Shown piece by piece: positions 9,639 to 18,184 of a stretch of DNA of 64,000 nt. The translations under genes and the position numbers were made by a program. Source of the DNA: an uncultured Acidimicrobiaceae bacterium (GTDB taxonomy: Bacteria; Actinomycetota; Acidimicrobiia; Acidimicrobiales; Aldehydirespiratoraceae); NCBI GenBank assembly GCA_913041415.1, contig CAJWHS010000002.1:17994-81993 (forward strand). The letters are read 5' to 3'. The stretch's first letter is position 1. Every line of letters starts with the position of its first letter. The notes below the pieces were generated by a model. It was not told the origin of the DNA. It made no database searches and saw nothing but the letters and a program-made list of their open reading frames with translations.

Positions 9639-11885
9639 CTACTCCTCGGCGGCCTGGAGCCCGCCCAGTACCCGGCTCGGGGTTAGCGGGAACGTGTTGA
9701 ACCACAAGCCAGTGGCGTCGTGCACCGCCGCAGTGAGCGCCGGCGTATACGTGATGAACGGCATCTCGGCCACGCCGCGGGCACCGAACGGGCCGAGCGG
9801 ATCGGCGAACTCGAGGATCTGACTGTCGACCTGCAACGGAATGTCGCCGATGCCAGGAATTAGATAGCTCGAGAACCGGGGGTTGGTGATGAAGCCGTCG
9901 GCGAGCTGGAGGTCCTCGCTTATGGCGTAGCCGTGCGCCTGAACGACAGCCCCCTCGATCTGGCCGCGAACAAGCGCGGGGTTGATCGCCTTGCCGACGT
10001 CGTGGGTTGACGTGACCCGGTCGACACGGATGTGGCCGGTATCGACATCGACAGTGACCTCGATGCACTGCGCCATGTAGCCGTAGCAGAAGTTCGGCGC
10101 ACCGGTGCCGGTCTCGGGATCGAGCGCCTCGGTGGGCGGCGGCGTGTACCGGAAGAAGCCGCGAGCGGGCCGGTCGCCCTCGCGCCACGCCTTCTCGGCC
10201 TCCTCCGCGGCGCCGAGGATCGAATTGCCGGCCATGAACGTGAGGCGACTCGCAGACGCCGAGCCGGGGTCGCCCGAGGTGGCAGTGTCCGAGAAGTGCC
10301 CGTGGACGTCATCGAGTGAGACGCCGGTGGCATCGGACGCCATCTGACGCATGGCGAGATGAGCGCCCTGCCCGACCTCGGCACCACCGTGGAAGAGTTC
10401 GGCGCTCGTCGGGGTCTCGTCGTTGGGGTTGCCGTTCAGGACGATCTCGGCCTCGCATCGTTCGGGGAAACCGAACGAGAAGCCGATGTTCTTGAACCCG
10501 GCCGCGAACCCTCGTCCTCTGCGCAGCGAGGTCGTGGCGGACGGCAGCGACGCAATCGGGGAGAAGGGCTCAGGGTCGGGGAGGGCCTCGTCGAGCTCGG
10601 CCTGCAGGGAGCATGCAGTGATGACTTCGCGCATGCTCACCCCCTCGGGCATGACGGTCTGGGTGATGCCGTCGTCGCCGTCGACGAGGGCGTTGCGAAG
10701 GCGCATCTCGACCGGATCGATCCCGAGTTCGGCGGCAAGCCGGTTGACCGCCGACTCGATCGCAAAGTGGCCCTGAGGCCCACCGAAGCCGCGGAAGGCG
10801 CCGCCCGGCACGGTGGTGGTGTAGATAGCCCGGCTGTCGATGCGGGCATGCGGGATGCGGTAGGCGCCGGCGACCGAGACGTGGGCGTTCCCAAGCACCT
10901 TGTTGGAGGTGTAGTTGTAGGCGCCGGCGTCGAGGTCGACGTCGGCCTCGAGTGCCGTGATCGTGCCGTCGTGGGTCGCTCCCAGGCGGATGCGGATACG
11001 GCCCCGGTGCCGCTTGTGATGGCCGACGATCGACTCCTCACGTGACCAGCGGCAGTGGATGGGGCGGTGTTCACCACGTTCGGCGAGGCGCATGGCGGCC
11101 AGTCCGAGCGCGATCTGGATCGACATGTCCTCCTTGCCGCCGAACGCGCCACCGATCGCCTTGTAGATGATCCGGACCCGATCCTCGGGCAGACCGAGGA
11201 CGTGAGCGACCTGTTCGCGATCCTCCGAGGTCCACTGGCCACCGATCTCGATCGTGACCCGACCCTCATTGTCGATGTAGGCGGTGCCGGCCTCAGGTTG
11301 GAGGTAGGCGTGTTCCTGATGCGGGACCTCGTACACCTCATCGATGACTGCGTAGGCCAAGGCGAAGCCGAAGTCAGGGTCGCCCTTGCGGATCCGAAGG
11401 TGGTGGTAGGCGTTGGTGTCGAGTCCGTTCTCCGGATGTACCAGTGGGGCCTTCGGAGCGAGCGCAGCGTCGATGTTGTCGACGAGCGGAAGATCCTCCC
11501 ACTCGACCTCAATCGCCGCGGCGCCGGCGGTGGCCGCGGCGCGCGTCTCGGCGATCACAACGGCGATTTGATCGGCTTCCCAGCGGCTGACCGCAGCGTC
11601 GACGGCGGCTGCGCCCGTGTGGTCGACCCCCACGAGCGCAGGCTGGTCGCGCATGGTGAGCCCGTACTCGTTCACGGGTGCGTCGGCTGCGGTGATGATG
11701 TCGACGACGCCGGGCACCGCAAGCGCCGAGTCGGTCGACATCAAAAGCATCCGGGCGTGAGCCCGGCCCGAGAAGACGACAACGGCTTGCAGTGCTCCGG
11801 CCGGAACGGTGTCGCCTGCGTATTCGATCGACCCGTCGGTCTTGGCGGCGGCGTCGTGACGGAGCGGGGACTGACCGACGCTCAT
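9639..11885 (-). CDS. Xanthine dehydrogenase family molybdopterin-binding large subunit
   Basis: Track ORF 9639..12581 is a read-through artefact. The real start is ATG 11885 (MSVGQSPLRHDAAAKTDGSIEYAGD), which overlaps the upstream stop as ATGA. IGGAFGGKEDMS motif. Paralogous to 888..3476. Confidence 0.85.
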   Translation of the reverse strand: MSVGQSPLRHDAAAKTDGSIEYAGDTVPAGALQAVVVFSGRAHARMLLMSTDSALAVPGVVDIITAADAPVNEYGLTMRDQPALVGVDHTGAAAVDAAVSRWEADQIAVVIAETRAAATAGAAAIEVEWEDLPLVDNIDAALAPKAPLVHPENGLDTNAYHHLRIRKGDPDFGFALAYAVIDEVYEVPHQEHAYLQPEAGTAYIDNEGRVTIEIGGQWTSEDREQVAHVLGLPEDRVRIIYKAIGGAFGGKEDMSIQIALGLAAMRLAERGEHRPIHCRWSREESIVGHHKRHRGRIRIRLGATHDGTITALEADVDLDAGAYNYTSNKVLGNAHVSVAGAYRIPHARIDSRAIYTTTVPGGAFRGFGGPQGHFAIESAVNRLAAELGIDPVEMRLRNALVDGDDGITQTVMPEGVSMREVITACSLQAELDEALPDPEPFSPIASLPSATTSLRRGRGFAAGFKNIGFSFGFPERCEAEIVLNGNPNDETPTSAELFHGGAEVGQGAHLAMRQMASDATGVSLDDVHGHFSDTATSGDPGSASASRLTFMAGNSILGAAEEAEKAWREGDRPARGFFRYTPPPTEALDPETGTGAPNFCYGYMAQCIEVTVDVDTGHIRVDRVTSTHDVGKAINPALVRGQIEGAVVQAHGYAISEDLQLADGFITNPRFSSYLIPGIGDIPLQVDSQILEFADPLGPFGARGVAEMPFITYTPALTAAVHDATGLWFNTFPLTPSRVLGGLQAAEE

Positions 11886-13354
11886 CCGAACACGCTCTCG
11901 TCGAGTTCGACCGGCACGACACTGGCCCGGCGGACCGCCTGCATGATCGGGTAGTAACCGGTGCAACGGCACAGGTTGCCGGAGAGCCCAAGCCGGATGT
12001 CGTCGTCGGTCGGATCGTGGATCTCGCCGAGCAGGCTGGCCGACGCCACGATGAAGCCGGGAATGCAGAACCCGCACTGCACTGCGAATTCGTCGACGAA
12101 CGCCTGCTGGATTGCGTGCGGAGTGCCATCGGGGTCGGCCATGCCCTCGACTGTCGCAACGCTGTGGCCGTCGACCTGAGCGGCGGGTACAAGGCATGCC
12201 ATGACGGCATCGCCATCGAGCTGCACGGTGCAGGCCCCGCACTCGCCCTCGGCGCAACCCTCCTTGGTCCCTGTCAGTCCGGCCTCGTCGCGCAACCAGT
12301 CGAGCAGGGTGGCCGAGGCGGCGTGCCGGCCACTCACCGGCGCTCCGTTGAGCATCACCTGAATCTCGGAGTTGTCGTCGACTGCCCGCCGCTCGCTGGT
12401 GCCGGGCGGCATATCGCCGACCAGGCACGGCACCCGGCCCGGCCACTGGTGGTCGGTGGTGCCGGTGCGAATGGCATCGAGTGATCGGCGCACAAGGGTT
12501 GGGATGAGTGCGGAGCGGTATGCCGCGGTTGCGCGCACGTCGTCGAGCGGCGTCACCGCAGTGGCAGCGACCTCGGCGCACGCAGTAATCGAGGTGTCGT
12601 CGAGCGGTCGACCGATGAGCGCCGCTGCAGCGTCATGAAGCACCTCGACGCGAGCGGCGACCGAACCGATCGCGATGCGAGCGTCGCGAACGACGTCGTC
12701 GTCGGCGCGATCGACGACGATCCCGAGGTGAACGACCGAGATGGCCTGGGCGGCGCGGTTGCCGAGCTTGGCCCAGATCCCCGACTCGGAGTCACTGAGT
12801 GTCGGGAACTCGATCGCCGTGATGAGCTCTCCCGGTTGCAGGACGGTCGAACGGAATCCGGTGAAGAAGTCGTCGAGACGGACCGTCCGTTCGGCGCCGT
12901 TGCTCGCAATGACGACCATCGCATCGAGCGCAAGCAGCGCTGAAATCGTGTCGTTGGCCGGGCTTGCGGTGGCGATGTTGCCGGCGATCGTGGCCCGGTT
13001 GCGAAGCTGCGGCGACCCGATCTCCAGACAGGCCTGGGCGAGCGGGAGCGCAAGCACCGGAAGCTCGGGATGCCCGGCGACGTCGTTGTGGGTCGTGAGC
13101 GCACCGAGCCGGACGATGCCGTCGGCGATGGCGATCCTCCGCAGTTCACGGATCGGGGTCAGATCGAGAAGGGTCACCGGCTCGCCAGGGCCGCCACGGT
13201 GCAAGTCAAGGAGGAGGTCCGTGCCGCCGGCGACTGGAATGATCGTAGGTTCGTCAGCGAGCGCGACGAGCGCCTCCGACAGGCTCGGAAAGCGCAGAAC
13301 GAGTTCGACGTGGCGCCCCGGACGTTGAACGGGATGGAGAGACTCGGCCGCCAT
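11882..13354 (-). CDS. Fused FAD-binding (CoxM/XdhB-like) plus C-terminal [2Fe-2S] (CoxS/XdhC-small-like) subunit
   Basis: N-terminus: IIPVAGGTDLLLDL..ATIAGNIATASPANDT. C-terminus: GCAEGECGACTV..QCGFCIPG..CRCTGY. Confidence 0.85.
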   Translation of the reverse strand: MAAESLHPVQRPGRHVELVLRFPSLSEALVALADEPTIIPVAGGTDLLLDLHRGGPGEPVTLLDLTPIRELRRIAIADGIVRLGALTTHNDVAGHPELPVLALPLAQACLEIGSPQLRNRATIAGNIATASPANDTISALLALDAMVVIASNGAERTVRLDDFFTGFRSTVLQPGELITAIEFPTLSDSESGIWAKLGNRAAQAISVVHLGIVVDRADDDVVRDARIAIGSVAARVEVLHDAAAALIGRPLDDTSITACAEVAATAVTPLDDVRATAAYRSALIPTLVRRSLDAIRTGTTDHQWPGRVPCLVGDMPPGTSERRAVDDNSEIQVMLNGAPVSGRHAASATLLDWLRDEAGLTGTKEGCAEGECGACTVQLDGDAVMACLVPAAQVDGHSVATVEGMADPDGTPHAIQQAFVDEFAVQCGFCIPGFIVASASLLGEIHDPTDDDIRLGLSGNLCRCTGYYPIMQAVRRASVVPVELDESVFG

Positions 13355-13440
13355 CGGCAGAGTGTAAACCCAGCGTCCGCTCCGGGCGTATGCGGAGCTT
13401 TGCTGTGTCCGCCATCGGACGCGAACGCTACCGTCGGCGG

Positions 13441-14226
13441 ATGGATCTTTCTGCGGCTCGTGTTCTGATCACCGGCGCATCTCGAGGTATCGGGTTGGGG
13501 ATCGCCCGCACGCTCCACGCACAGGGCGCGACGATCATCGGGACGGCCCGCAGTGAGGCATCGATCGCCGCCGCTGTCGAGGAACTCGACATGATCCCGG
13601 TCGTTGGCGATCTCAACGATCCCTCTGTGGCCGACCGTGTGATCGACGAGGCGTTGACCCACGGTCCGATCGACGTCCTCATTAACAATGCCGGGATCGA
13701 GATCGTCGGTCAGGTCGCCGAGCAGGATCCTGACGACCTTCGCGCCGTCATCGGCGTCAACCTCGAGGTGCCGATCACGCTCGCCCACCATGTCCTCCCA
13801 CATATGCTCGAACGGGGGAGTGGGCGCATCGTCAACGTCTCCTCCATGGCGTCGGTCGTGAGTTCGCCGGGTTGGGCGACCTATTCGGCATCGAAGGCTG
13901 GGCTCTCGTCGTTCTCGCGCTCCCTCAAGACCGAGCTCGCCGGAACTGGGGTGGGAGTGACGGTGGTGGAGATCGGGTTCGTGCAGACCGACATGCTCGA
14001 TGATCTGCGCAGCAACGACTTCGTGAGGGCCAGCTTCGATCGCTACAAGCGCCTCGGGCTCGCCCGCATCATGGAGGCCGACGAGGTCGCGTCGGCGATC
14101 GCCAGTGCAATCGGGAAGGAACGCAACCACGTCCGACTTCCGAAGCGCAGCATTGCGATGTCGATGATTGCCAACGCGCCGCGCCGCTTTGCTGAGCTCG
14201 CCCAGAAGGGCATATCGACGGCATAG
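13441..14226 (+). CDS. Short-chain dehydrogenase/reductase (classical SDR)
   Basis: MDLSAARVLITGASRGIG and YSASK motifs. Ends 63 nt upstream of mftA. Confidence 0.8.
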   Translation: MDLSAARVLITGASRGIGLGIARTLHAQGATIIGTARSEASIAAAVEELDMIPVVGDLNDPSVADRVIDEALTHGPIDVLINNAGIEIVGQVAEQDPDDLRAVIGVNLEVPITLAHHVLPHMLERGSGRIVNVSSMASVVSSPGWATYSASKAGLSSFSRSLKTELAGTGVGVTVVEIGFVQTDMLDDLRSNDFVRASFDRYKRLGLARIMEADEVASAIASAIGKERNHVRLPKRSIAMSMIANAPRRFAELAQKGISTA

Positions 14227-14289
14227 GCGAATCGCCGCTCGTCGGGTTCGCCGCCTACAGTGGGCGGCGCGCCACCTTGAGGAGGACCT

Positions 14290-14424
14290 ATGGAGCCGAC
14301 CGAGCTCATCGACGCAACCTACACCGACGCCGTCGAGGCCCTGGCGGGCGACGACACGGAACTCGTCGAGGAAGAACTGCTCGTCGAGGAGATCTCCATC
14401 GACGGCATGTGCGGCGTCTACTGA
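14290..14424 (+). CDS. mftA: Mycofactocin precursor peptide MftA (44 aa)
   Basis: Not in the ORF track. GAGGAGGA RBS at 14279-14286, then ATG. Translation: MEPTELIDATYTDAVEALAGDDTELVEEELLVEEISIDGMCGVY. It carries the canonical C-terminal IDGMCGVY. Confidence 0.9.
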   Translation: MEPTELIDATYTDAVEALAGDDTELVEEELLVEEISIDGMCGVY

Positions 14425-14434
14425 CCCAGCGTTC

Positions 14435-14740
14435 GTGACCGCTGCTGCTTTCGACGCCGATCGGGCGTACCGCCTGCACGAGCAGGTGGCGCTGCGCCCC
14501 GAACCCTTCGGGGCGCTCGCCTACCACTACGGCAATCGACGCCTGAACTTCCTGCGCGCCAAGGAACTCGTCACACTCGTCGAGTCGCTCGCCGATCACG
14601 ACTCCGTGCAGGCCGCCTTCGACGCAGCCCAGATCGATCCTCGTCGCTGGCCCAGCTTCGAGCGAGCACTTGCCTCGCTTGCCGCCTCTGACTTCCTCGT
14701 TCCAGAAGGGCGTGATGCGCACGAGGGGGCTGCCGCATGA
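14435..14740 (+). CDS. mftB: Mycofactocin biosynthesis chaperone MftB
   Basis: GTG start 10 nt after the mftA stop. Translation: TAAAFDADRAYRLHEQVALRPEPFGALAYHYGNRRLNFLR. ATGA overlap with mftC. The track merges it into ORF 14168..14740. Confidence 0.85.
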   Translation: MTAAAFDADRAYRLHEQVALRPEPFGALAYHYGNRRLNFLRAKELVTLVESLADHDSVQAAFDAAQIDPRRWPSFERALASLAASDFLVPEGRDAHEGAAA

Positions 14741-15897
14741 CCTTGATCGAAGAGCCCCGCCCCGACATCCTCGTCCTGTCGCCGGTAAAGCAGTCCGGTC
14801 TCGCCGAACAGATGAAACGGGGGCTCGACGCCCCGATCTGTCTCACGTGGGAACTCACCTACGCCTGCAACCTGCAGTGCGTGCACTGCCTGTCGTCGTC
14901 GGGCCGCCGTGACCCTCGCGAGCTCACGACCGAGGAGTGCGAGGCCATCATTGACGAACTGCAACGGATGCAGGTCTTCTACATCAACATCGGTGGCGGC
15001 GAACCGACGATCCGCAAGGACTTCTGGCATCTCGTCCGCTACGCCGTCGACCACGGCGTCGGGGTGAAATTCTCCACCAACGGTTCTGGCATCGATGCCG
15101 AGGTCGCAGAGCAGCTCACCGAGTCGGACTACGTCGACGTGCAGATCTCGATCGATGGCGCCGACGCCGAGACCAACGACCATGTCCGCGGCGCGGGCTC
15201 GTTCGCCACGGCCGTTCAGGCAATGGAGCACCTCCAGGCCGCCGGATTTGAGGGTTTCAAGATCTCGGTGGTGATGACCCGTCACAACATTCCGCAGGTC
15301 GATGAGTTCAAGGCGATGGCCGACCACTTCGGCGCCGAGCTCCGACTGACCCGCTTTCGCCCGTCGGGCCGCGGCGCCGACTCGTGGGAAGAGCTCCACC
15401 CCACCGATCAACAGCAACGTGAGCTCTACCACTGGCTCATGGATCACCCCGACGTGCTCACCGGCGATTCGTTCTTTCATCTCTCGGCGCTCGGTGAGGC
15501 GCTGCCCGGCCTCAACCTCTGCGGCGCCGGCCGTGTCGTGTGCCTGATTGACCCGGTCGGCGACGTCTACGCCTGCCCGTTCGTCCTGCACGACGAGTTC
15601 CTCGCTGGTTCCGTCCGCGACGAAGGCGGCTTCCAGAAGGTGTGGCAGGAGAGCGACCTGTTCACCGAACTGCGCGAACCGCAGTCGGCGGGTGCGTGCG
15701 CGAGCTGTGGCCATTTCGATGCGTGCCAGGGCGGCTGTATGGCGGCCAAGTTCTTCACGGGCATCCCGCTCGACGGCCCCGACCCGGAATGCGTGCTCGG
15801 TCACGGCGAGGAGGCGATGGATTCCGTCGCCCGTGCCGCGGCCAGCAAGGATCACAGCCGCACCACCGTCGTGCTCGGGCGCAAGCCCGTCAGCTGA
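14737..15897 (+). CDS. mftC: Mycofactocin radical SAM/SPASM maturase MftC
   Basis: 386 aa. TYACNLQCVHC radical-SAM cluster motif plus a Cys-rich SPASM C-terminus (CGAG..C..C..C..CQGGC). Confidence 0.9.
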   Translation: MTLIEEPRPDILVLSPVKQSGLAEQMKRGLDAPICLTWELTYACNLQCVHCLSSSGRRDPRELTTEECEAIIDELQRMQVFYINIGGGEPTIRKDFWHLVRYAVDHGVGVKFSTNGSGIDAEVAEQLTESDYVDVQISIDGADAETNDHVRGAGSFATAVQAMEHLQAAGFEGFKISVVMTRHNIPQVDEFKAMADHFGAELRLTRFRPSGRGADSWEELHPTDQQQRELYHWLMDHPDVLTGDSFFHLSALGEALPGLNLCGAGRVVCLIDPVGDVYACPFVLHDEFLAGSVRDEGGFQKVWQESDLFTELREPQSAGACASCGHFDACQGGCMAAKFFTGIPLDGPDPECVLGHGEEAMDSVARAAASKDHSRTTVVLGRKPVS

Positions 15898-15956
15898 ACC
15901 GCTACCGCTGAAGGCTCTCGGCCGACGCCGGCTTAGCCCGGCCGTAGGATCACGCC

Positions 15957-17090
15957 ATGAAGGCTCACGGTCTCAATCCGCGCATCAAGAAGTCGCCATT
16001 CTTCGAAAAGGCCGTCGAGTACGGCGCCACCGAGTTCCATCCCTACAACGGGATGTGGATGCCGGTCGGCTATGACTCGCCGGTCAACGAGTACTGGAAC
16101 GTGCTGGAGCGGGCATCACTGTGGGATGTCGGCGTGCAGAAATGCGTGGAGATTGCGGGCCCCGACGCCGAGGCGTTCATGCAGCTGCTCACCCCTCGCG
16201 ACATCACAACGATCGAGCCCGGCCGCTGCGCTTACGTCTTCCTCACCAACCAGGACGGCGGTGTGCTTAACGACCCGGTCATGCTGCGAATCGCCGAAGA
16301 CCGATTTTGGCTGTCGACCGCCGACTCCGACATGTACCTCTGGGCCAAGGGTGTCTCAGCGTTCGCAGGCCACGAGGTCGAGATCACCGCGCCGCTCGTC
16401 TACCCGATGCAGCTGCAGGGTCCAAAGTCGGCCGAGATCATGGTGGACGTCTTCGGCAAGGAGATCCTCGACCTTCGTTACTACTGGTGGATGCGCAGCT
16501 CGATCGACGGCATCGATGTCGTCATCTCGCGCACCGGCTACAGCTCCGAGCTCGGATACGAGGTGTATCTCCTCGGCGAAGCGCGCGGCGGCGAACTCTG
16601 GGAGATCCTGATGACGGCCGGCAAGCCGTACGGCATCTCGCCCGGCTCACCCAACCGCATCCGCCGCATCGAAGGCGGCGTCCTCGACTACGCCTCCGAC
16701 ATCACCCCTGACGAGAACCCGCTCGAACTCGGTCTTGATCGACTCATCGCCTGGGACACCGACTTTCTCGGCAAGGCCGCGCTCGAGAAGGTGCGCGACG
16801 AAGGCGTTCGTCGCCGCCTGATCGGCCTCTTCCTCGACGGCCCTGCGTTGCAGAAAAACAACGAGCACCGCTGGCCAGTGACGAACGCTGACACGAAAGT
16901 CGGCTCTGTCACGAACGCCGTGCATTCGCCCCGCCTCGACCGCAACATCGCCTTCGCCATGATCGATGTTCCCTTCGACGCCAACGACACAGAGCTCGCC
17001 GTCGAGACGGTCGAGGGGGCACGCAGCGCCGAACGCACGACGCTGCCGTTCATCGCATCGCCACCGGAGAAGACCAAGAAGTTGCGCTGA
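15957..17090 (+). CDS. Aminomethyltransferase-family protein (GcvT fold; DmdA-like THF-dependent demethylase type)
   Basis: RIKKSPFFEKA..LWDVGVQKCVEIAGPDAEAFMQLLTPRD..GGVLNDPVMLRIAEDRFWLSTADSD. Confidence 0.75.
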   Translation: MKAHGLNPRIKKSPFFEKAVEYGATEFHPYNGMWMPVGYDSPVNEYWNVLERASLWDVGVQKCVEIAGPDAEAFMQLLTPRDITTIEPGRCAYVFLTNQDGGVLNDPVMLRIAEDRFWLSTADSDMYLWAKGVSAFAGHEVEITAPLVYPMQLQGPKSAEIMVDVFGKEILDLRYYWWMRSSIDGIDVVISRTGYSSELGYEVYLLGEARGGELWEILMTAGKPYGISPGSPNRIRRIEGGVLDYASDITPDENPLELGLDRLIAWDTDFLGKAALEKVRDEGVRRRLIGLFLDGPALQKNNEHRWPVTNADTKVGSVTNAVHSPRLDRNIAFAMIDVPFDANDTELAVETVEGARSAERTTLPFIASPPEKTKKLR

Positions 17091-17151
17091 TTGCAGAGCC
17101 CTTGGCAAGATCTGGCAGTCAAACTGACAAAACCGTCTTTGAGGAGCAGCC

Positions 17152-17949
17152 ATGCCCGGCTACGGCAAGATCGACCACGAATACGGACTCAAGCTCGCCA
17201 CCACCGACCCGGCCGACGATGGTCCGGTCTGGATGGTCAACCTCATGAAGTACAAGGAGGTCGCCGACTACGGCGATGGCGCCGACAGCGGACGATCCGG
17301 ACGCGACGCCGATGACGAGTACACCCCGACCGGCCCGCTCAAGGCGGTCGGTGCCGAGATCGTGTATGTCGCTGAGGTCGACAAAACGCTGCTCGGTGAT
17401 GGAACACAATGGGACCGCGTCGCGGTTGTGAAATACCCGACTCGCCGCTCGTTCATCGAGATGCAGCAGCGCTCGGATTTCAAGGACAAGCACGTCCACA
17501 AGGAAGCCGGGATGGAGATGACCTTAGTGATCGGCTGTCAGCCGATGGAGATCGACGGTCTCCGCGAGTTGGAGAAGGAAAGCAGCTCCTGGGACGACGT
17601 CGAGCATCCTCCCGACGACGAGGATGGCGTCCTCCACGTCCTCCACGTCATCAAGTGGAACGAGGGCGGCCGCAAGCGGATGGAGGGCTACCACGATGCG
17701 GCCTTCGACGTCGCACGGGAACACGGCGCGCGGATCGCCGGGTGGTTCGAGGCCGAAGGGACGATCGTTGGTGATGGCCGAACCTGGGATCAGGTCCGTT
17801 TCAACGAGTTCCCGAGCAGACGCCAGTTCATGGAGGTCGTTGCCGACCCCCGCCGCCTGAAGGGACAGGAAGACCATCGCGAGCCGGCAATGGCCGACAC
17901 CTACACCCTCTTTTGCCGCCCCGTGCTCGACACCCTGCGCAAAAGCTGA
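17152..17949 (+). CDS. Protein with two tandem DUF1330-like domains
   Basis: 265 aa. The pattern V(W/L)M(V/H)..KY/KW..WDRVAVVKYPTRRSFIEM / WDQVRFNEFPSRRQFMEV occurs twice. Confidence 0.65.
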   Translation: MPGYGKIDHEYGLKLATTDPADDGPVWMVNLMKYKEVADYGDGADSGRSGRDADDEYTPTGPLKAVGAEIVYVAEVDKTLLGDGTQWDRVAVVKYPTRRSFIEMQQRSDFKDKHVHKEAGMEMTLVIGCQPMEIDGLRELEKESSSWDDVEHPPDDEDGVLHVLHVIKWNEGGRKRMEGYHDAAFDVAREHGARIAGWFEAEGTIVGDGRTWDQVRFNEFPSRRQFMEVVADPRRLKGQEDHREPAMADTYTLFCRPVLDTLRKS

Positions 17950-17956
17950 CCCGCCC

Positions 17957-18060
17957 AACCGGCGACCCGTCAAGTCGGGGTACTCGTTCGCCTTTGGCTT
18001 CTGTCGGGCTCAGCCGCCGATCGGGTAATACCGGGCGTAGTCCAGTGCCCTTCTGAACTC
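17957..18060 (+). repeat. Direct repeat copy A (~104 bp)
   Basis: aaccggcgacccgtcaagtcggggtactcgttcgcctttggcttctgtcgggctcagccgccgatcgggtaataccgggcgtagtccagtgcccttctgaact. About 8 mismatches to copy B, same orientation. Confidence 0.85.
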
Positions 18061-18130
18061 GGTAGGCGCCATTTCCCAGTCCCTGGGGTCGAGAGCATCG
18101 TCGTGGAGGCAGGAAGAAACTCTGAGCAAA

Positions 18131-18184
18131 CGAATTGATGAATATCGATACGTAAGCTATGCTTAATCGAGCTCTGGGAGACCC
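18131..18184 (+). promoter_or_regulatory. AT-rich promoter/operator-like stretch upstream of the ArsI/CadI gene
   Basis: cgaattgatgaatatcgatacgtaagctatgcttaatcgag. Contains the palindrome TATCGATA (18143-18150) and TAAGC-n3-GCTTA arms. It stands out against the GC-rich surroundings. Confidence 0.35.

Noticed and set aside
9639-12581. 980-aa ORF in the track suggesting one giant XDH protein
   Set aside because: The N-terminal ~230 codons are an out-of-frame reading of the FAD/Fe-S gene (Arg-rich). The real large subunit starts at 11885 with an ATGA overlap.
14596-15855. 419-aa minus-strand ORF
   Set aside because: Antisense to mftC, whose radical-SAM/SPASM motifs identify the real frame.
15898-15956. 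Possible glycine riboswitch upstream of the GcvT-fold gene
   Set aside because: Only 59 nt are available, and the conserved GGAGAG..CACCG..ACCGAAGGGGCAA elements are absent.
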